NCBI GenBank assembly: GCA_009785505.1
Contig: WQWA01000005.1
Location: forward strand, 7,994 to 71,993
Direction of reading: 5' to 3'
Length of the DNA: 64,000 bases
Source: Bacteroidales bacterium
GTDB taxonomy: Bacteria > Bacteroidota > Bacteroidia > Bacteroidales > P3
Positions 17,371 to 25,271 of this stretch are shown here, one piece after another. Position 1 is the stretch's first letter, and the number at the start of each line of letters is the position of its first letter. The position numbers were made by a program, and so were the translations under genes. The notes beneath the pieces are model-generated. The model did not search any database and was not told the DNA's origin. It worked only from the letters and a program-made list of their open reading frames with translations.

Positions 17371-18368
17371 AATTGGACAAATGTTTTTCGTTTTTGTATG
17401 TAATATTTCCATACGATTGAAAAAGGATAGATCCCGGTGTGAAATTTCCGAATTTCAAGTTGTTTTTTGCGTTCTTTTCGGATTTTTCGGAAATTTTTCA
17501 TGAAATAAAATTGAGCTCTCACAACGGCGAAAAAATCTCCAAAACTTCCACCTAATAAAAATCTCAACGCTGCAATATCATCTAAGAACCAGCGCACGAA
17601 AAGTACAAAAAACAGATTCTTGGAGTGTAGATTTTTATAGATTAAGCTCAAATTATTTCTGAAATTCAAATATGTTTTTCGTGACGAAGATTTTGGCAAA
17701 GTTCCTCCGCCAACGTGATAAACCGTGGAATCCGGGCAATACATCACTTTGTATCCGGCGTTTTTCACTCGCCAGCAAAAATCGATTTCTTCCATGTGAG
17801 CGAAAAAATCTTCGTCGAGACCATCAAATTCTTTGTAGATAGAGGATTTTACGAACATTGTCGCACCGGTTGCCCAAAATATCTCGCAAACATCGTCGTA
17901 TTGTCCTGTATCGATTTCGACAGTCTCGAAAATGCGTCCACGACAAAACGGATAGCCGAACTTATCAATGAAACCGCCCGACGCACCGGCATATTCGAAC
18001 TTTTCACGTTCGTGATAAGAACGAATCTTGGGCTGACAAACAGCGATTTTCGGATCACTTTCCATTAAATCAATCACAGGTTGAATCCAGTTTTTTGTAA
18101 CTTCGATATCGGAATTTAGCAACACAAAGTAATCTGCATCAACATGTTTCAAAGCATCGTTGTAACCTTTAGAAAATCCGCCATTTTCGCCGTTTTGTAT
18201 CAGTCGGACTTGATGGAAATTCTGCTTCAAAAAATCTATGGAATCATCGGTCGAAGCGTTGTCGGCAACAATCACCTCCGCCACACCCGAACATTCAATA
18301 ACATTCGGCAGAAATTTTTCGAGAAATTTCTTTCCATTCCAATTTAATATGACAACGGCAATTTTCAT
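17367..18368 (-). CDS. GT2-family glycosyltransferase
   Basis: VVILNWNGKKFLEKFLP...VADNASTDDS, with the DxD region LLNSDIEV. Confidence 0.85.
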   Translation of the reverse strand: MKIAVVILNWNGKKFLEKFLPNVIECSGVAEVIVADNASTDDSIDFLKQNFHQVRLIQNGENGGFSKGYNDALKHVDADYFVLLNSDIEVTKNWIQPVIDLMESDPKIAVCQPKIRSYHEREKFEYAGASGGFIDKFGYPFCRGRIFETVEIDTGQYDDVCEIFWATGATMFVKSSIYKEFDGLDEDFFAHMEEIDFCWRVKNAGYKVMYCPDSTVYHVGGGTLPKSSSRKTYLNFRNNLSLIYKNLHSKNLFFVLFVRWFLDDIAALRFLLGGSFGDFFAVVRAQFYFMKNFRKIRKERKKQLEIRKFHTGIYPFSIVWKYYIQKRKTFVQL

Positions 18369-19225
18369 GGTTTTTTATGTTTCCAACGGCGGTGCGACCA
18401 AAGCCAATATTGCGGCTTCTCATTGATAGTTTCTTCCAAAATGTTGATACAGTTTTGCGTGATTTCACCGTATTCGGCTTGATTAGGATTTTCAGAAATA
18501 GGTGTCAAATCAAATTCGTAAAAACCACGCTTAACCTTCTTCACATTGTAATAAAACACGGGAAAATCATACTTTTTTGCGAAATATTCCGGTCCAAAAA
18601 TAAAGCCGGTGTCTTGGTTCAAAAATGTTGTCCAATAACATTTTTTAGGATTTTTTGCTTGATCGAAAAGCATCATGTAGGCTGTCGGAAATTGTTGCTG
18701 TTCGTAGGCTTCAAACGTTTCGCGAACATTGGATGCAAACACAACTTCGCTACCATAGCGTTGGCGATAGTGATTTATAATGCGGTCGAATACTTTGTTT
18801 CTCTGCTGTTTTCCAACGCCGACACCGTGATGCTTGAATTGCATACCGAGCGAAAGCACCATGTATTCCCAATTATTGTAATGCCCCGAAACTAAAATAA
18901 CGGATTTTTTTTGCTCGAAATAAGGGAATAAAATCTCCGGATTTTTGCAGACATAACGCTGCATGACTTGTTTTTTCGACAAAGAAAACATTTTGATGCC
19001 CTCTACAAGAATATCGGCAAAATGATCGTAAAACTGATTGGTTATCATTTTGGTTTCCTCTTCACTACGATTTGGAAACGAGTTTTTCAAATTTTGCACA
19101 ACAATTTTTTTACGATACTTAAAAACACGGTTCAACATAAACGACAATCCGTTGGAAATGGCATATATCAAAGCAAAAGGAAGCTTTGAAAGCGGAAGAA
19201 TTACGATGTAAAACAGTATTCGCAC
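18365..19225 (-). CDS. lipid A / lysophospholipid acyltransferase (LpxL/HtrB family)
   Basis: N-terminal TM segment, YRKKIVVQNLKNSFP, and SGHYNNWEY (HX4E/D box). GTG start that abuts a -7 box. Confidence 0.72.
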   Translation of the reverse strand: MRILFYIVILPLSKLPFALIYAISNGLSFMLNRVFKYRKKIVVQNLKNSFPNRSEEETKMITNQFYDHFADILVEGIKMFSLSKKQVMQRYVCKNPEILFPYFEQKKSVILVSGHYNNWEYMVLSLGMQFKHHGVGVGKQQRNKVFDRIINHYRQRYGSEVVFASNVRETFEAYEQQQFPTAYMMLFDQAKNPKKCYWTTFLNQDTGFIFGPEYFAKKYDFPVFYYNVKKVKRGFYEFDLTPISENPNQAEYGEITQNCINILEETINEKPQYWLWSHRRWKHKKP

Positions 19226-19252
19226 GTTGCAAAGATATGAAAAAAAACGGAT

Positions 19253-19660
19253 TTATTCTAAATGCCAAACAAATTTCTTACTGAGCTTGTCGGAAAATTG
19301 TTTTAGGGTGAAATAGTAAAGAGCCGCCGCCAATACCGCACCTGCGCCGTAAATCAACTCGTTTTCGAAAACGAACGACAGCCCAAACAAAGCAATCATG
19401 CACACAATGAACGGCATTACGTAAGCCAAGAAAACAGCTTTTAATCCCAAAGATTCTTGCATCACAATATTTACAGATTGTCCGACAGCATAGTTTTCCG
19501 GATTGGAAGCAGCGACTTCGATGATTTTTTCCTTGCTTTCCGACATACTGCACATATTTTTCGACTTACAACTTGCGCAAGCCGAAAGCGAGATAATCTC
19601 GACAAAGACAAGGTTTTTGTCAATTTTTACAACAGTTCCCGGGTGTTTTGTTTTGTTCAT
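19253..19660 (-). CDS. RseC/MucC-family (SoxR-reducing system) membrane protein
   Basis: Cys cluster SACASCKSKNMC followed by two TM helices. Start taken at MNKTKHPG because the longer ORF runs into the hairpin at 19673..19703. Confidence 0.6.
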   Translation of the reverse strand: MNKTKHPGTVVKIDKNLVFVEIISLSACASCKSKNMCSMSESKEKIIEVAASNPENYAVGQSVNIVMQESLGLKAVFLAYVMPFIVCMIALFGLSFVFENELIYGAGAVLAAALYYFTLKQFSDKLSKKFVWHLE

Positions 19661-19672
19661 GATTGAAATATT

Positions 19673-19703
19673 GTAGGGGGCGGGTTTCAAACCCGCCCCC
19701 TAC
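19673..19703. terminator. perfect 14-bp GC-rich hairpin GTAGGGGGCGGGTT-TCA-AACCCGCCCCCTAC
   Basis: Lies 3 nt downstream of the stop of the MBL-fold gene (19707). Same GTAGGGGCG...CGCCCCTAC family as 24711..24740. Confidence 0.6.
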
Positions 19704-19706
19704 GAT

Positions 19707-20399
19707 TTACATATTACGCAAACGTATCTCGATTCCTTCGATTGCGTTCAGTTTTTCCATCAATTCATTCGTGTCGGTATCACCGTAATGAATTGGAAAA
19801 AACACCTTTGGCTGCATCATTTTTACAGCGTTAACGCATTGATCAATCGTCATCGTATAAGGCTGATTTACGGGAAGAAAAGCCACATCTAAACCCTTGT
19901 AATCCGCCAACTCCGGCATATCTTCACAATCGCCCGGAATATAAAATTTCATGCCATCAATCGTCAGAATATAACCGTTGTCTCTGCCTTTCGGATGAAA
20001 CTGAGTTTGTGTGGTGTTGTAAGCCGGAACTGCTAGAACGGAAATTTCTGCAGCAGACGTAGAAATTTCTGCTTTTTCGCCATTTTTAAGAACCTTTATA
20101 TGCTTTGCACCTGTATCTTTTAGAGCAGTTTCAACTTCAAGAGTTCCGATAACTTCTGTTCTTTCAGTCAAAATATCTTTTAACGCTTTTCTGCAAAGAT
20201 GGTCGTAGTGATCGTGCGTGTATAAAACCAAATCGGCTTTCGGAAGTTTTGAGAAATCAGTGGCTTCGTCCACCGGATCTACATAAATAACGTAGTTGTT
20301 CACTTCAAAAAAGAAAGACGCATGTTTGATGAAATTTACGTTGACAATGCTGTTTTTTAGAGTCTGAAATTGGTCGATTTGCAAATTTGTAGAGTTCAT
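19707..20399 (-). CDS. MBL-fold metallo-hydrolase
   Basis: HDHYDH metal motif. Start taken at MNSTNLQ (20399), downstream of the promoter palindrome. Confidence 0.75.
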   Translation of the reverse strand: MNSTNLQIDQFQTLKNSIVNVNFIKHASFFFEVNNYVIYVDPVDEATDFSKLPKADLVLYTHDHYDHLCRKALKDILTERTEVIGTLEVETALKDTGAKHIKVLKNGEKAEISTSAAEISVLAVPAYNTTQTQFHPKGRDNGYILTIDGMKFYIPGDCEDMPELADYKGLDVAFLPVNQPYTMTIDQCVNAVKMMQPKVFFPIHYGDTDTNELMEKLNAIEGIEIRLRNM

Positions 20400-20423
20400 G
20401 GTGATAAATGTTTTTGAGTTTTG

Positions 20424-20460
20424 TTTTGCAAAGATACAAAAAAAATTGTATCTTTGCAAA
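20424..20460. promoter_or_regulatory. palindromic bidirectional promoter module
   Basis: TTTTGCAAAGATACAAAAAAAATTGTATCTTTGCAAA lies between the starts at 20399(-) and 20464(+). Confidence 0.65.
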
Positions 20461-20463
20461 ATT

Positions 20464-21867
20464 ATGAATTTTGCCAATAAACTCACACACCCTATCTTTG
20501 ATTTGGTTTCGAAAATTGCTGATGAAAAACAAATCGAAACCTACGTAATCGGCGGTTTTGTTAGAGATTTAATGCTCAATCGTCCGTCGAAAGATATTGA
20601 TATTATGACGATAGGCTCGGGTGTAGAGTTGGCGGAAACCGTAGGCAAAATTATCGGCGACAGTACAAAAATTTCGGTGTTCAAAAATTTCGGAACGGCG
20701 ATGCTGCATTACGAAGATTTTGAAATTGAATTTGTCGGAGCAAGAAAGGAATCTTATTCTGAAGATTCTCGCAAACCGCATGTCGAGGACGGCACTTTGG
20801 AAGACGACCAGAATCGTCGAGATTTCACGATTAATGCGATGGCTCTTTCGCTCAACAGAGCTACTTTTGGCGAGTTGATTGATCCTTTCTATGGACTCGA
20901 AGATTTGCGTGATATGATTATTCGCACGCCGTTAGACCCTGATATTACGTTTTCCGACGATCCCTTGCGGATGCTTCGCGCTGTGCGGTTTGCAACACAA
21001 TTGTATTTCGATATTGAGCCGGAAACCTTTGAAGCTATTCAGCGAAATTTACACCGTTTCGAAATTCTTTCGGAAGAACGAATTGCCGAAGAACTCAATA
21101 AAATCATGCTTTCTCCAAAGCCGTCCTATGGCTTCAAACTTTTAGATGTATCCGGGATTTTAGAAAAAATTTTACCCGAAGTCACGAGTTTGAAAGGCAT
21201 TGAAAAAGTTGGCTCCAATGCTCATAAAGATAATTTTCTGCACACGTTGGAAGTGTTAGATAACATTGCAAAAGTTACAGACAATCTTTGGTTGCGTTGG
21301 GCTGCACTCTTGCACGACATCGCAAAACCACAAACCAAAAGATACGATCCGAAAATTGGCTGGACCTTTCATTCTCACGAATTTCTCGGAGCAAAAATGG
21401 TGCCGAGAATTTTTAAACGCTTGCGTTTGCCGATGAATGAAAAAATGCGTTATGTGCAGAAATTAGTGGAATTGCACCTGCGGCCAATTGTGCTTGCAGA
21501 GGACGTTGCAACCGACTCCGCTGTTCGGCGCTTGCTGTTTGAAGCCGGCGACGATATTGATGATTTAATGTTGCTTTGCAAAGCCGATATCACTTCGAAA
21601 AATCGTGAAAGAGCCTTGCGTTACAAAGGAAATTTCGAGTTGGTTGAAAAAAAATTAATTGAATTAGAGGAAAAAGACCGCATTCGCAATTTTAAACTTC
21701 CGATTACGGGCGAAGAAATCATGGAAATGCTTAATCTTCAACCATCCAAAACCGTAGGAATTATTAAGGATACAGTGAAAGAAGCTATTTTGGAAGGCAC
21801 GATTCCAAACGAGCACGAAGCGGCCAAGCAATTAGCGATTGAAACATATCAGATATTGCAAATATAA
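20464..21867 (+). CDS. CCA-adding tRNA nucleotidyltransferase / poly(A) polymerase family protein with HD domain
   Basis: GGFVRDLLL..PSKDIDI, RRDFTINA, and an HD-domain region HDIAKP. The ATG at 20464 lies 7 nt after the -7 box. Confidence 0.85.
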   Translation: MNFANKLTHPIFDLVSKIADEKQIETYVIGGFVRDLMLNRPSKDIDIMTIGSGVELAETVGKIIGDSTKISVFKNFGTAMLHYEDFEIEFVGARKESYSEDSRKPHVEDGTLEDDQNRRDFTINAMALSLNRATFGELIDPFYGLEDLRDMIIRTPLDPDITFSDDPLRMLRAVRFATQLYFDIEPETFEAIQRNLHRFEILSEERIAEELNKIMLSPKPSYGFKLLDVSGILEKILPEVTSLKGIEKVGSNAHKDNFLHTLEVLDNIAKVTDNLWLRWAALLHDIAKPQTKRYDPKIGWTFHSHEFLGAKMVPRIFKRLRLPMNEKMRYVQKLVELHLRPIVLAEDVATDSAVRRLLFEAGDDIDDLMLLCKADITSKNRERALRYKGNFELVEKKLIELEEKDRIRNFKLPITGEEIMEMLNLQPSKTVGIIKDTVKEAILEGTIPNEHEAAKQLAIETYQILQI

Positions 21868-21905
21868 AATTTTTCGAAAAATTTGCTTTTCTCATCTTTT
21901 ATCCG

Positions 21906-21913
21906 TAATTTTG
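21906..21913 (+). promoter_or_regulatory. -7 box TAATTTTG
   Basis: Matches TAnnTTTG and lies 20 nt upstream of the ATG at 21934. Confidence 0.45.
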
Positions 21914-21933
21914 TAGTGGTAAAATGTGTGCTG

Positions 21934-22356
21934 ATGCTATCTATCTTTAAACATATTGCGACGTCCGTTACTTTGGTTTGCTTTCTTACGGCAACCAACG
22001 GATTGAACTTGATTGAGCATCATTGCTCCGCCAAAAACAAAAGCTTTTTGTTTTTGATCGCTCAAAACGCGAATTGCGATGCTCATTGTTGTTCGCCTAA
22101 AGCGTGCTGTTCACACAAACACACAAAGGATTGTTGCGAAAACATTAACCATTTCACGCAATTAGATGCTGATTTTTTTTCGACGTCTAATGACTTAAAG
22201 ACCGACACTTGCCCTGTTTTTTATATTTCGCATTTATTCCATGCGGAATCTGTCGCTTGTCCGAATTGCAATTCACCTCATTGCTCTATTTTTTCGAGTG
22301 ATATAGGACTTTCTATGCAATTACGGATAAAGCAAACAACCGAGTTTTTGTTATGA
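21934..22356 (+). CDS. Cys/His-rich membrane-anchored protein (HYC_CC_PP-like, from memory of the family pattern)
   Basis: N-terminal TM segment then EHHC. The run CDAHCCSPKACCSHKHTKDCC follows. I count 13 Cys and 10 His in 140 aa. Confidence 0.5.
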   Translation: MLSIFKHIATSVTLVCFLTATNGLNLIEHHCSAKNKSFLFLIAQNANCDAHCCSPKACCSHKHTKDCCENINHFTQLDADFFSTSNDLKTDTCPVFYISHLFHAESVACPNCNSPHCSIFSSDIGLSMQLRIKQTTEFLL

Positions 22357-22426
22357 AAATCTAAATTTTCGGCAAACTTTAGTCATTTTTAGACCTTTTT
22401 TTTATTCCTAACAAAAAATCAAATTT

Positions 22427-24703
22427 ATGAAACATATATTTCTCGGCTTACTCCTTTTGTGCTTAAGTCAGCCTATTTTCTCTCAAACTATTTCCGGAAC
22501 GGTTTCTGCACGAGAAGGAAACAGAAACGTGCCTGTTCCTTTTGCCAATGTGTATTGGTTAAACACGCTCAGCGGCACAATGACCGATGATAATGGAAGA
22601 TTTTCTATAACGCAGACTCCGGCAGACGGAAATCGCTTAGTGGTTAGTTTTGTCGGCTACACCAACGACACGATAGAAATCCGACCGGGACAAAATAATC
22701 TCAGAATCATTCTTGAACAAAACATTATGTTGGACGAAGTTCAGATTGTCGAGCGCCAACGCGGACATTTCATCGATCAGTTGAATCCGCAGAGAATGGA
22801 CGTTATTACTATTGCCGGACTTTGCCAGTTGGCCTGTTGCAACCTTGCGGAAAGTTTTGAAAACAGTGCTACGGTTGATGTAAGTTTTGCCGATGCTATT
22901 TCGGGTGCAAGACAAATTCAGATGCTTGGACTGACGGGGCTTCACAGCCAGTTGATGTTTGAAAACATGCCGTTTCTTCGTGGACTTTCCGCACCATTCG
23001 GATTGTTGTATATTCCAGGATCATATATGGAGTCTATTCAGATTTCAAAAGGAACAGCCTCTGTTATCAATGGCTTTGAAGGGTTAGCCGGACAAATCAA
23101 TATCGAATATCGTAAACCTCAAACCGCTGATCCATTGTTCATAAATCTGTTTTACGACAACCATCACAGAATGGAAGCTAATGTGATTCAAAATAATCGA
23201 ATAAACGACAATTTCGGAATCACAATTTTTGCACATTATTCGCAGTTTCAGCGAGAAAAAGATCATCTTGGAGAAGATAGTACCCGCCATCATGGTGATG
23301 GTTTTATGGACAAGCCAAAATCCAGACAATTCAATATGGCTGCACGTTTGAATTATGTTGACGGCAGACGTACAAATATCACAACGTTGATGTTTACAAC
23401 TGAAGATAGAGTTGGCGGACAAATGAGTAATGCCACGCCGCACCCGGATTTTGGGCTTTGGAATTTTAGCAATCGGGTCAATCGTGGGCAGATTTTTCAG
23501 AAAAATGGACTCTTGCTATCCGAAAATTCAAGCATAGGAACACAATTCGGAGCTACCTATATGGATCTGAGAACCATGTATGGCCCAAGAAGCTATGATG
23601 CTACAGAGTTCAATTTTTATGCAAATATCATTTACGAAAATAGACTTTCTGAAGGACAAACATTGAATCTAGGTGCAAGTTTTCAGCACAATAATGTTGA
23701 AGAAAGTCTTCGTCAACTACCGATAATGTGGATTAATCCGGGAGGACCGGACTTCCCTACCGGCACAACAGTTACCACGCAGTTTTCGAAGACCGAAAAT
23801 ATTCCCGGAGTTTTTGCACAATATACTTTTGCAAACGATAGATTTACATTGGTTGGAGGATTGCGTTACGACTATAATACGCTTTACAGACAATCTATGA
23901 TTACGCCGCGTTTTCACGGCAGATTGAGTGTTTCGGAACACGGTACACTGCGTGGTTCGCTAGGAAGAGCGTTTCGCTCGCCGATACCAATTGCCGAAAA
24001 TATGAATCTGTTGGCGAGCTCGCGCGTTTTTCTCTTCAACGAAACGGGGTTGGAAGACGCTTGGAATTTTGGCTTAAATTATCATCATATTTTCGCTATT
24101 GATGAAGAACGTACGATTTCCTTTGCTTTAGGTTTTTACCGAACGGTTTTCAGAAATCAATTGATTGTGAATTTGGATCGCAGTCATCAACAAGTGCATT
24201 TTTATATGTCGGACGAGCGATCGTTTTCAAACAACGCTCAGTTGGAAATCCGAACAGATTTACTTCCTAACAGTAATTGGGTGCTCACCCTTGCCGGTCG
24301 CTACAACGACTCTCGACAAACGATTGATGGAAATTTGATCGCAAGACCCTTTGTTGCACCATGGAAATTTTTGATGGTAAATAATATCAGCAATAACCTA
24401 AATACTTGGCAATTGGATATAACTTCACAATTCCACGGAGGCGTTCGTTTGCCGAATACTAACTATGCACGTCCAACTCACTCCGAAGGTTTCCCGATGT
24501 TTCACGCTCAAATAACAAGACGTTTCAGAAATCTTGAAATCTACGCAGGCGTTGAAAATATCTTGAACTCCCTTCAAAACGATCCAATCATTAATGCTCA
24601 CGATCCATTCGGTCCGAATTTTGATGCAAGCGTGATCTATGGCTCGTTGATGGAGAGAAAGTTTTATATCGGAATCCGTTGGATGCCATTCGGCAGAAAT
24701 TAA
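22427..24703 (+). CDS. TonB-dependent receptor with N-terminal carboxypeptidase-regulatory-like domain
   Basis: Signal peptide ...IFS|Q, a CarboxypepD_reg-like segment TISGTVS...DDNGRFSI, a plug domain, and a long beta-barrel ending in aromatic residues. Confidence 0.85.
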   Translation: MKHIFLGLLLLCLSQPIFSQTISGTVSAREGNRNVPVPFANVYWLNTLSGTMTDDNGRFSITQTPADGNRLVVSFVGYTNDTIEIRPGQNNLRIILEQNIMLDEVQIVERQRGHFIDQLNPQRMDVITIAGLCQLACCNLAESFENSATVDVSFADAISGARQIQMLGLTGLHSQLMFENMPFLRGLSAPFGLLYIPGSYMESIQISKGTASVINGFEGLAGQINIEYRKPQTADPLFINLFYDNHHRMEANVIQNNRINDNFGITIFAHYSQFQREKDHLGEDSTRHHGDGFMDKPKSRQFNMAARLNYVDGRRTNITTLMFTTEDRVGGQMSNATPHPDFGLWNFSNRVNRGQIFQKNGLLLSENSSIGTQFGATYMDLRTMYGPRSYDATEFNFYANIIYENRLSEGQTLNLGASFQHNNVEESLRQLPIMWINPGGPDFPTGTTVTTQFSKTENIPGVFAQYTFANDRFTLVGGLRYDYNTLYRQSMITPRFHGRLSVSEHGTLRGSLGRAFRSPIPIAENMNLLASSRVFLFNETGLEDAWNFGLNYHHIFAIDEERTISFALGFYRTVFRNQLIVNLDRSHQQVHFYMSDERSFSNNAQLEIRTDLLPNSNWVLTLAGRYNDSRQTIDGNLIARPFVAPWKFLMVNNISNNLNTWQLDITSQFHGGVRLPNTNYARPTHSEGFPMFHAQITRRFRNLEIYAGVENILNSLQNDPIINAHDPFGPNFDASVIYGSLMERKFYIGIRWMPFGRN

Positions 24704-24710
24704 TAACAAA

Positions 24711-24740
24711 TGTAGGGGCGAGGCATGCCCCGCCCCTACA
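24711..24740. repeat. 30-nt near-perfect palindrome TGTAGGGGCGAGGCATGCCCCGCCCCTACA
   Basis: Lies between the TonB-receptor stop (24703) and the HMA gene start (24761). Same family as 19673..19703. Confidence 0.7.
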
Positions 24741-24760
24741 AACCAAAAAATATAAAAACT

Positions 24761-25075
24761 ATGAAAAAAATCCTTCTCGCCATCTTTGCACTCGCATTAA
24801 CAAGTAGTGTAATGGCACAAAACAGAAACCAAACAGTTACATTTTTTCTCAACTATCATTGCAGTTCTTGCATTAGAGTTATCGAACGAAATCTTCCCCA
24901 CGAAAGAGGTGTAACGAACTACAGAATCGACATGCCTGGCAAAAGTATTGAGATTACTTACAATCCTCGCCGCACAAATCCCAACAATCTTCGCCAAGCA
25001 TTGATAAGGTTAGGTTTTGAAGTAAGAGATCGTCACGAAGATATCGTGAATGTAGCACCGAGAAGGTGCAGTTGA
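24761..25075 (+). CDS. secreted heavy-metal-associated (HMA) domain protein
   Basis: Signal peptide MKKILLAIFALALTSSVMA|Q. CxxC metal motif in LNYHCSSC. About 80 aa mature, consistent with a ferredoxin-like HMA fold. Confidence 0.72.
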   Translation: MKKILLAIFALALTSSVMAQNRNQTVTFFLNYHCSSCIRVIERNLPHERGVTNYRIDMPGKSIEITYNPRRTNPNNLRQALIRLGFEVRDRHEDIVNVAPRRCS

Positions 25076-25099
25076 AATTGCTGAAAAAAAGATAAGAAA

Positions 25100-25270
25100 A
25101 TGAGCGCCAAAATCAAATCTTTAGCTGATCTTCGTGAGATGAAAGACCAAGTGTATCACAAAATTGCTTTGCGTGAATACAGTGAGGACCCCGTTGCTTT
25201 CAGAAAAGCCAATCCCCAAAAAGCCGAAGAAATCGAAAGTTATATCAAGAAAGTCGAATCGGAAAACTAA
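25100..25270 (+). CDS. small (56 aa) hypothetical protein, not in the ORF track
   Basis: My translation is MSAKIKSLADLREMKDQVYHKIALREYSEDPVAFRKANPQKAEEIESYIKKVESEN*. It starts 24 nt after the HMA stop and has no promoter box of its own. Confidence 0.3.
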   Translation: MSAKIKSLADLREMKDQVYHKIALREYSEDPVAFRKANPQKAEEIESYIKKVESEN

Positions 25271-25271
25271 T

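Noticed and set aside
18377-18895. 172-aa antisense ORF inside the LpxL-like gene. Similar antisense ORFs occur inside ftsZ (34564..34944, 35134..35607), the prenyl synthase gene (548..1012) and the T9SS cargo gene (51532..52023)
   Set aside because: All lie fully within better-supported genes on the other strand. They lack promoter boxes and have skewed, non-protein-like composition.
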